From positions 16,616,001 through 16,680,000 of the forward strand of contig NC_043006.1 of the NCBI RefSeq assembly GCF_006345805.1: a stretch of 64,000 bases of DNA. The letters run 5' to 3'. The DNA comes from Octopus sinensis (Eukaryota). A model generated the notes under the pieces. It ran no database searches and had not been told where the DNA came from. It saw nothing but the letters and a program-made list of their open reading frames with translations. This document shows, piece by piece, positions 54,176 through 64,000 of this stretch (its first letter is position 1; the number at the start of each line of letters is the position of its first letter). The position numbers and the translations under genes were made by a program.

Positions 54176-55175
54176 AGAAACCATCATAATTGTTGTGATT
54201 TGTCGTTGTTGTTATTGCTACTGTTCTGTCAATTCAGATGTTCATTTGTTGGATTACTTCAAGCAATGACGCGATTTTCAAAAGGGTTAAAACAATTACA
54301 AAATGAAAAAATAATGTCTTATAGCAACGAGTGTTTTCCCTACAGCTTTTACGCCGTACTTATTTCACTTCGTTTACGTTTGTAACGCCTCTGCTAATCA
54401 GGACTCCTCTTGAGTAATATTGATTGCTTATTAGGAGCAAAACAGATCTCAGCTTTACATGGATGGCGAAAATAGGTTGGGTGACATCTTTTCCAGAAGC
54501 ATTAAACGATATAAGAGAAGTTAGAATAATCAAAAGTGTTCAGCCGTGAAGTCGGTTTGCCAATAGTTACAGGACATACCGCTCAGTACATCTAGAAAAC
54601 CCATTGTAAAAACCAATTATCAAAATCCCTGAACGGAAATTTAAGATAAAAATACTTAAAATAAAATACATATAACATGTTTGAAAAATATTTTCACAAC
54701 ATCCCGACTGAGTTATGGTGTGAACAAAAATATAAAACTAATAAAATTCTACTGGGGTAAAGCCATATATGATCAAAGTATTGTTGATTTCGTTATGAAA
54801 TATTAATAAAACAGGCTAAAACAAGCACATCCATTGTAAATGTTGTAGTAATGAACATTAGAAGTATATTGGAGAATCGATGAAAGCATTAGTCTCGCTG
54901 TTGGTGCTAAGAATAGGAGCAACTAATTGTTGCCGGGAAAAATCCGGTCAGCACTAACTTAGTACATTTATAGATAGCACAGACTTAATAAATCAGCGTT
55001 TTGTTCTCAGTGATCAAACGTTATACCACGAACTTTTATTATGTAACATACCGTTTAGATAACTTAGTGAATACGCTCGTTCGTATATAAGGGAGAAGGA
55101 AAATTGGGTGCCATGTTTTAAGTGACGAGTCGTAATAAAAATATATCAGAAAGTGAGCGGCCTGATACTGTTTAA

Positions 55176-55395
55176 CCCTTTAGTGTTTAAACCGGCCATA
55201 TCTGGCCCAGATATTCTACATGTTTTACATTCAAACGGGCGATATCTAGCCTCTCACACCTAACCTACATTGATATTCTAAAAATGAACAATCACGTCAT
55301 TGAAACCTCAAAGCTATAAGATAATGTATGATTAATTCAAAACAATTTGAGTGAAAAATTATTACATTTAACAGAGTAATCTGAACACTAAAGGG
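55176..55395. mobile_element. piggyBac-type MITE
   Basis: TTAA|CCCTTTAGTGTT ... AACACTAAAGGG|TTAG; a second copy lies at 3556-3779. Confidence 0.8.
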
Positions 55396-55864
55396 TTAGA
55401 ATAAGAAATGCCTTACATATTTAGGGCTGATGATTAGAGATGTTAGTTGAACTGGATACTTTATAATTGATGTTATTTGTTTTACTTATTTCTAATGCTT
55501 ACAACAAAAAGGTAAGAAGGTCGCTTGGCTTCGACTTACAACGTAAGTACATTTATTCATGCATTGTAGCAGTGTAACCGATTTATTACACAAAATCTTT
55601 ATTGAAGCAAAATCTTATATGGACCCGCAAAGGTCATGAGAACCACTGATCTATTTCTTTTTCCTTTCACGCAGTGTATCTAAGACTACATCTGAGAGAT
55701 GTCTAGTTACTATTTCTTGTAAGTCGAGCAGCCAGGTAGAGGCGCTCCTCAAGTTGCTGGATATTGTGAAAGAATAGTTTACAGCGGGATTTGAACGTAG
55801 CAACACTAAGAAACAAGTAGATCCCGTGACCTCTTATTATTTTATATCTTAGCAAACTTGTAAG

Positions 55865-56285
55865 TCGATTGAAAGTCTCTATATTTGTTCGACCTGCTAT
55901 GAAGAGTAACTAAATCTTCCTCAAATCACCCTCTGCCATCCGATAATACATGCCCAAAATAGCCTTAAAAGGGCGAAATGCTTTTTATAAGTTTGCCTCG
56001 ATCAGGGTTGACCTAGGGTTAAACAACAATTCAATTGAGACAAGAGAACCATAAAGAGGTCGATTTATGTGCTTGAAACAGCAGCCAAATGTCCTCTCCA
56101 AATTACAACATCCACTGTCTTAAGAAATAGGGACAGACATTTTATTTGAGACAATATTATTAGTCCTTGATATATTCATAAAAAGATAAGGTTTTAAGGG
56201 CTGAAATGTGCTTAATCGTATAGGTCGTCTGCTCGATCATGGCTGACATGAACTGAAAAACAACAAGACCAACAATAACCAACAA
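55865..56285 (+). mobile_element. Ancient short interspersed family G (two tandem copies; others at 9700-9930 and 62255-62445)
   Basis: Shared blocks CGACCTGCTA...CAGCCAAATCTCCCTC and TGCTCGATCA.GG.TGAC...AAACAACAA. Confidence 0.55.
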
Positions 56286-57409
56286 CGTCAGCAACATTCT
56301 TACAAAGATAACTTGAAAAGTTCATAGTCCAAAACTGGTTTGGCTGGTATGGCGTCCGAAAACATGATAGAACATATTTGTGAACAACCAGGTGTGACAA
56401 AATTATGCATTCTCAACTAGACGTCGTAGAAGAAGCGAGAAAAAAATGTGATTGGAATGTGCCCTTCTCTGAATAATACAACACTAAACTTGTTGAAGTG
56501 ACGTCAGAAATGGCAACAGAAAAGAAAAATTGTTACTCAGAATGCATACTTAATAAATTTGTTTTATTCTCTCACATACTTCACTTCTACCTCCTCTTAA
56601 TTCTCTTCTCCCCCCTCTCCCCCTTTCTCTCTCTCCTTCTCTGTGTATGTATGTATGTCACCTCTCTCCCTCTCTTTGTATCTATGATTCTCTCTTCTCT
56701 TTGTATCTATGTAGCTGTCTCTCTCTCTCTCTCCCTCCCTCGCTTCTTCTTACTCTGTCTCTTGCTGTTGTCCACGACCTCTTTTCTCATTCGCCTCTTT
56801 TATTTTTTTTTCTCATATCAATTGTCCTCTCTCCTTTCCAGTTTCTTCCTCACCTCTCTCTCTCACTCTCCCTCGCTTCCCCCTCTCTCTCACTCTCCCT
56901 CGCTTCTCCCCCCTCTCTATCTCTCGTTCTTTATCTCCCTCTGCATCTCACCTTGTCACACATGGCCTCTTTTCTCGTTTCTCACCTCACCCTCTCCTTT
57001 TGTTTCTCTCCATCTCCAATCCCTCTCCCTCTCTCCCGCTCTCTTTCTCTTTCTGTCTTTCTCTATCTATATCACTACAGTCACCTTCTTCACACAGGTC
57101 CCCTTTTGTATCTTGTTTCTTCGTCCGTAGTAATCCTCTCCTCTTCTTACTCTCAAAGTGTGTAAGTAAACATGTACATTTATTGTAGTAAGGACTAGGA
57201 GAAAATTAAGGGAGAAAAGACAGCCAGAGAGAGAAGGTGGGGGTGGGAGAAAGAAAGACAGAAAGAAAGAAAAGGTTTGTACGATCTTTTCATCTTGGCG
57301 AGATAGATTTATAACGGGCAGAGAGAGAGAGAGAGGTGGGACAGACAGACAGACAGAGAAATAACTATATATCGAAAGGTGAAAGGGAATATGAAAACTT
57401 ATTCGGGAC

Positions 57410-57468
57410 GATAGATAGATAAATAGATAGATTGATAGATAGGTAGATAGATAGACAGGTAGATAGAC

Positions 57469-57524
<56 letters not shown>

Positions 57525-57559
57525 TGATAGATTGACAGAGAGACAGACAGACAGACAGG

Positions 57560-57608
<49 letters not shown>

Positions 57609-57643
57609 TGATAGATTGATAGATTGACAGACAGACAGACAGG

Positions 57644-57685
<42 letters not shown>

Positions 57686-57727
57686 TATAGATTGATAGAT
57701 TGACAGACAGACAGACAGACAGACAGG

Positions 57728-57791
<64 letters not shown>

Positions 57792-57834
57792 GATAGATAG
57801 ATAGATTGACAGACAGACAGACAGACAGACAGAC

Positions 57835-57884
<50 letters not shown>

Positions 57885-57885
57885 G
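57410..57885 (+). repeat. Compound (GATA)n/(GACA)n microsatellite with higher-order structure
   Basis: The variant AGACAGGTAG recurs at roughly 84-100 bp spacing; this tract is the source of the 290-aa and 190-aa pseudo-ORFs. Confidence 0.9.
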
Positions 57886-58345
57886 GAGACGGAAGGAGTA
57901 GAGAAATCGAATAAAATTTAAAAAGAAAAAACAACACAAAACAAAACCAAAAAAATAAAAGCAGATAGGATAATTGGAAAGATAGTAAACGGGAGAAGCG
58001 GGAGTAGTTGGGGGGGGGATGTTACACGAGAGAAGAATGCCGGGTGCTTAGTAACCAGGTAAATAGCGACGATCAATTGTGGAGATATCAGTGCACGGAG
58101 ACTATATAAACGTTATAGAAAGATGTGTACGTGTTCATAGTATGCTCTGTGTGTGTGTGTGTGTGTGTGTTGATTGAGAGGTTACGGGAAGGAGTTAAGT
58201 GTGTTGAGTGTGTGAGTGTGTGTGTGTGAGTGTGTGTGTGTGTGTGTGTTGAGTGTGTGTGTGTGTGCGTGTGTATGCGTGTAAGAGTAGATGTGTATAA
58301 CTATCCTTCTATATTCGTATGTAGGTATATTGGACGTTAGATATG

Positions 58346-58408
<63 letters not shown>

Positions 58409-58633
58409 GGATATATATATATATATGTATATACGTATATGCACGATGCGGATAGAAGTTTTTTAGTTGGATAAGATTACTACAATTTACCTTGTATGTG
58501 TATATTTTGTAATTATACGTTTTACCTGTAATTATATGAATGAGCAAACATATACACTCACGCACTCACGCGTGTATATGTGTGCATGTGTGCGTGTGAA
58601 TGTGAGTGTGTATATTTGTGTCTGTGCATGTAC

Positions 58634-58717
<84 letters not shown>

Positions 58718-59222
58718 ATATTCGCTCAGCGTTTTTACGTATGTAAATATATACACAAGCACATATATACTTACACATACAGGCATTCATATATATACAT
58801 ATAGATGAAAAAGAATTATATGCACATATATTTATATTTATAATTATATATAACCACAAGCGAACACGTGCGTATGCATGCGCTCATAAAGTTTCACACA
58901 CATACACACACGTACACACTCACACACTTCTCTTATTTATAATTATTATGGTTGAGATTAAATCTAACACCTAGATTCATTCGGATCTCTTTCGTATGGT
59001 GTAGCCCATAAAATGTAGTGGGGGAACCAGTTGTTGGTGATACTTAAATATATATGGCAGAGCGCCATTGAGATGAAATACTTTTTAATTTTGATTTGGG
59101 TACTTTAAAAGCTTTCTGCAAATGTGCACACGATGTGCATATAAATTATATAAAATGCAAAATACCACCTCGGTGCACATGTATATACGCACACACTCAA
59201 ACACACTTACATATATATACAT

Positions 59223-59301
<79 letters not shown>

Positions 59302-59444
59302 TATATATATATAATATATGTATATATGTGTATATTATAATATATATTATATATATATATATAATATATATATATATTACTATTTTATTCTTACTCCTTT
59401 ACTCGTTTCAGACATGCGGCTGCGGTCATACTGGAGCACCACCG

Positions 59445-59879
59445 TGGTCTTTCTGATTTCCCCAGTCTGGGATGTTTCACATCACCACTCCTGAATGTGC
59501 CTTTGTCCCACCCTGTTGGCCCATTTGGTATATAAGGGAGTTTGATTCCTCTGCCCTCGTCTGCACCTCATGTCGGGCTGTTGGTCCATATGGTTTTGTG
59601 GAGAAGAGGATGTCCAGTTCCCTTTTGAAGACATCAAGTTCTACCTTATGCAGATTTCTTAATTTTTATTGCAGGGCATTGAAGAGCTGTGGGCCTTTGA
59701 TCTCTAGGCTATTGCAATACCTCGTGCTGAATTTATATTGGAGTGGATAGAACCTTTGGTACAATACAATGGCGGCCAGTTCTGGCATTTCTAGAACACT
59801 CAATGCCGAAATCAGGCACTAGCCTTTCTAGAATTTTCCATATGTAGATTATTGCATATCTATCGCGCCCCCGCTCCAA
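59445..59879 (-). mobile_element. CR1/L2-group LINE 3' fragment (ORF2 C-terminus)
   Basis: Minus-strand translation with frameshifts: LERR.DRYAIIYIWKILERLVPDFGIEC...KGPQLFNAL...LRNLHKVELDVFKRELD...SNSLIYQ, the conserved post-RT tail of CR1-like LINEs. Confidence 0.8.
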
Positions 59880-60120
59880 TAATATTACGATTATGTTCCC
59901 GATTATGTGCCATAGTTATGGTATGGCCGTTGGAAGTGTAAAAGTCGATAACACGTCTTGGCATGTCGAATTATGGATACTGATATTTTCATGCAGGTAA
60001 AGTGTGTGTCTCAGTGTGTTTGTGTTACGGACATGCATGTGCGCGCAAGCACACACACACACATGTACACACACCCAACCGATCTTTACACAAACATGCA
60101 TACATATTTATACATACTTT

Positions 60121-60163
<43 letters not shown>

Positions 60164-60582
60164 TTATATGTACACACAAATTCCTACATGAATACATACA
60201 TACAAACGTACACATATATATATAGGATTTTGATGATTTTTTGGTATTTTTTTAAATATTTAGATCACTTTAAAACGGGAAATTTGTGTCATAGAACCAT
60301 GGGCGGTCTCAGGTAAGTTTTTGAAGAGGTTGTTAGAGGTGACTGAACAGGTGTGACGGTCTCGTGGTCTGCTATGGTTAATGATCAAATGAACATTATT
60401 CACATTAAAAATCAATCCGATACACTAAAGCGAAAAGTGCTCTCTGCCCAGTGTGTTACTTATTGCTGTACGCCGATCAGTAAGTGACCCCTTGACCTTG
60501 CATAAATTTCTATAGCATAATTTAATTCGTACTTAACACTGTGTGTGTGTGTGTATGTGTGTGTGTGCGCGTGTGTGTGTGT

Positions 60583-60730
60583 GTGGCAAGAAGCTTTCTT
60601 CTCAACCACATGGTTCCGGGTTCAGTCCCACTGCGTAGCACCTTGGGCAAGTGTCTTCTCTTATAGCCTCGGTCCGACCAAAACCTTGTGTATAGATTTG
60701 GTAGACGGAAACTGAAAGAAGCCCGTTGTA
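60583..60730 (+). mobile_element. SINE family B 5' half
   Basis: Matches 16992-17140. Confidence 0.85.
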
Positions 60731-60852
60731 TATATAATATATATATATATATATGACCTCTGCCCGAAGTAAGAACGCCATGATAGATCGTTAGCTCCTA
60801 CACGCATTTTTTCTCTCTCCTTGTTTCTCTCCTTGTTTTTTTTTTCTGTGTA

Positions 60853-60890
60853 TCTTTCTGTCGAAGAGCGTAGGCTCGAAACATAAAAGA
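60853..60890 (+). ncRNA. Minimal type I hammerhead-ribozyme-like motif (variant core)
   Basis: UCUUU-CUGUCGA-A-GAGC(GUAG)GCUC-GAAAC-AUA^AAAGA; a G>A change disrupts the ACGU palindrome. Confidence 0.45.
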
Positions 60891-61663
60891 CTTGTTCTAT
60901 TTCTATTCCTGAACGCCATACAAATACATTTGTTTGTTTGTACTCCACCTCCCTTCGTCTTTTGTTTATTTTCGTAAACCTTCCCGTTATATATATATAT
61001 GTATCGAAATGGGGAGATGGTAAACAAACGAAAACTGATGAAGGGTCATTCTTTGTATTACTTGTCTTGTTTTTCCTTTTTTTCTCTCGTTATTTGCATT
61101 GTTTTGACTTTAAAAACATGTGTCTATATCAGACAATGTTCCCATGCAAAGTATACTGTTCATACGAATAAAATATATATATAAATATACTTCATATGTC
61201 ATCTATGTCTTTGTGTTGTGATATAAAATTATGTTTGGGGTATTATGAGGAACAACACTTCGACAGGTGTTTAAAGACCACCTGGGTGGATTAAAATTAC
61301 TGGCTAGGATTAATACAGTTAACATATCAGCTTGAATGGTCAGAGGGAGAAAAAAAAAGTATGGAGTGAGAAAGATGCAAGTGTGAAGATAAAATAAGAA
61401 AAAGAAGAAAAAAAGGTGGTTTATTTAAAGTACGGCGTTTAGGGGAAGTTAAGGCACATCAATTGTAAAGGTGTGAGGCAAGACGGGTACATGGAGTGGA
61501 TTTAAGTGTAAATGGGGAATAACACATAGTATAGAGTCAGCAACTTGAGAGGAAATTGGGATGATGGTGTAATACTCAGCTCGACAGGAAACGACACTTA
61601 TTTATAAAGCAAACCAAGTGTTAAAACATCAAAAAATGACAGGAAAGAAGGAAGTTATGATAC

Positions 61664-61751
<88 letters not shown>

Positions 61752-61834
61752 TATATAATAAAAGAAATATAAAAGTCACTTTCCATTCTTCACTATATTA
61801 TATAATATAAAATTTATATATATATATATTAATA

Positions 61835-61867
<33 letters not shown>

Positions 61868-62698
61868 AATATATAAAGAGTAAAGAGTATATATATATAT
61901 ATTATATACACACACACACACACACACACACAACATATATATATATATACATAACACACACACACACCACACACAACACACACACACACACACCACATAT
62001 ATATAGATATATATACACACACACACACCACACACACACACACACAACATATATATATATATAATATATATATATAATATATATATATATGTATATGTAT
62101 AAATATGTATGTCATAGTGTACCAGATAACCTGTCAAATGTTTCGGTTGTTCGCATCGGACCTACTTTCCATCTGTATTGTGTCAATTAAAAGCTTCCCT
62201 GTTCCTAGACCAACGGATTATATCAAAAGCAAATGAGTGAGCGTGTGCGTGGTCGCTCGCCTTGCAAGAAAGAGCGGCCGAATCTCCCTCAGTTTAAAGC
62301 AGAACATTAAAAAGAGTGGACATGTTGGGGTCATCTTAGAGAAACTGTGCGAATATAAAGACGGGATGGTTATGGCTGGAATGTCTTTGATTATAAACCT
62401 GCTTGATCAGAGCTAAGCTGGAAGTGAGCAATATTAACGGCAACTGGTTATATATTACGAGCCAACGCAGGAGTCTGTAAGTGCTGGCACAAACTGCAAG
62501 AAATGGCTACCAAATCACCCCCACCTACTTACACTCTACCAGTTTCTATACAGCTCAGTAGTTGTTTGCAGGATCATTGTATTGCTTATATGTAACTGTG
62601 GTGACAATCATGCGTCGATACAAGCCACTGAATTGCCTCCTCTGTGGTGTTCTGGGTTCTTATCCAGCCGAGTTCAACATTGCCTTGATATCGATAAA

Positions 62699-62940
62699 CT
62701 AGCAGTATCGCCCGGCGCTGCTCGGGTTTGTTTCGACCCTTTAGAATTGGAATTTTTGAAAAGTAAAAATTTTGCATTATGTAGCTTGTTATTCTCTTTA
62801 AGTGAACATTTTTCTGGTTGAAATACACCGAAAAATGGCGACTCAGCAGTAAAAAAATCGTAAAAAATAGGGATTTTCAAAGAAAAAAAGCACCTTTTTG
62901 ATGTAAATAATTTTTAGTGTTAACATGGTCCGATTTGAAT
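62699..62940 (-). mobile_element. Helitron 3' portion, same family as 35079
   Basis: CTAG plus hairpin; near-identical to 35079-35190 with an extra internal segment; ends in a (TA)n tract. Confidence 0.8.
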
Positions 62941-63223
62941 TATATATATATATATATACATACACATATATATATTCTGATATGGACCTGTGGACACAGT
63001 ATGTGTTTCTGTAAACATTCATATAGCTAAATTTGTGGTGTGCGTGCGTGCGTGTGTGTATGTGTGTGTGTGTGTCTGTGTGCGTGCAACCCCTGCCCAC
63101 ACACATATATAAATAAAGCTATAAAAGAAATCACCTGACCAGGTTCTTGATTGTACAAAAAGAAACAGTGACTAACAACAGATGACTTTGCAAGTCAAGT
63201 GTGTCTTACATGTATCGGTGTGC

Positions 63224-63265
<42 letters not shown>

Positions 63266-63266
63266 T

Positions 63267-63319
<53 letters not shown>

Positions 63320-64000
63320 CATACTGAAAGAAAGATATAGCGTGTGTGAAAGAATGCGGGTGTGGTCAATAGAGAGGTAATGGGACTGAGAGGTAAGAAG
63401 TTTGTGTGTGAGGTGGTCATACCATGAGTATACTGTCAAAAGCAAAACGTCGCCAATAGTATGCGTCATGATTATTAACAGGTTGCCAGGTGAGGGTCTG
63501 GTCGAACCGAGTTCGAATTTTGCTGTGGTCACCTTTGTTTTTCATCCCTCCTAGATTGCTAAAACAAAATATTGGGATCGATGATCGACATTAAATCAAT
63601 TTTCGTCTTGATTCAAACATTGACCCATCATAAAGGAGCCAGACGTCACTTGTGAAAAAAAATATAGCTTTATCACTTGGTAGCGTGTATAATGCTTTTG
63701 GTAATTGTTTAAGGTGCTTATGTAGTCGCGAGCAGACATAGACACTCTTACGACCTTCTCACCCTTAGACTCAATAGCATACTCAGCTAGAGGGAGGTAG
63801 TTCTACACCAGCATTCATGGATCCAGGAACAGTGGGTGTACGAGGTGTAAGCGCAACTCCTAAAATTTTGGTGGGGATACAAAATCAAAATTTGCACCCC
63901 TGTTTATATTTCTCGGGTTTAGAAAACTACGTAAAAAGTGTTGGATAAAAAGTAGCTTAAAGTTAGGTTTCTTATGAAAAAACAAATAGCAAAAATAAAT

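Noticed and set aside
55560-55650. hAT-like terminus (GAGAACCACTG); a similar hint at ~63808
   Set aside because: Only one end is visible, with no matching TIR or TSD.
56498-57939. Longest ORFs in the track (210, 172, 290, 190 aa)
   Set aside because: They are translations of a CT-rich tract and (GATA)n/(GACA)n; open frames arise because these repeats lack stops in some frames.
61014-61060. Canonical CTGATGA core (61035-61041) next to a Penelope-like fragment
   Set aside because: No stem II or GAAA follows, so no hammerhead fold can be drawn.

Overview
AT-rich, microsatellite-saturated eukaryotic DNA. The SINE families and the dense (TA)n/(CATA)n/(GATA)n/(AAT)n tracts are most consistent with an octopus (coleoid cephalopod) genome; this is inferred from pattern recognition, not from a database search. 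Nearly all six-frame ORFs are translated microsatellites. What the sequence supports: (1) the 5' end of a minus-strand transcription unit, with a promoter near 11.3-11.5 kb, three candidate exons (~11345-10840, 5543-5248, 280-<1) holding only short ORFs, and a CpG-depleted gene body below ~5.2 kb; (2) one non-repetitive 122-aa orphan ORF (41300-41668, minus); (3) many transposons: several tRNA-derived SINE families, RTE- and CR1-like LINE ends, two Tc1/mariner transposase relics, non-autonomous Helitrons, and piggyBac-, mariner- and Merlin-like MITEs; (4) short Penelope/retrozyme-like repeats carrying minimal hammerhead-ribozyme-like motifs with a non-canonical core and a covarying stem I, the most unusual signal found; (5) a ~1.56 kb tandem duplication that may be an assembly artefact. 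No rRNA, true tRNA gene, CRISPR array or nameable protein-coding gene is supported.
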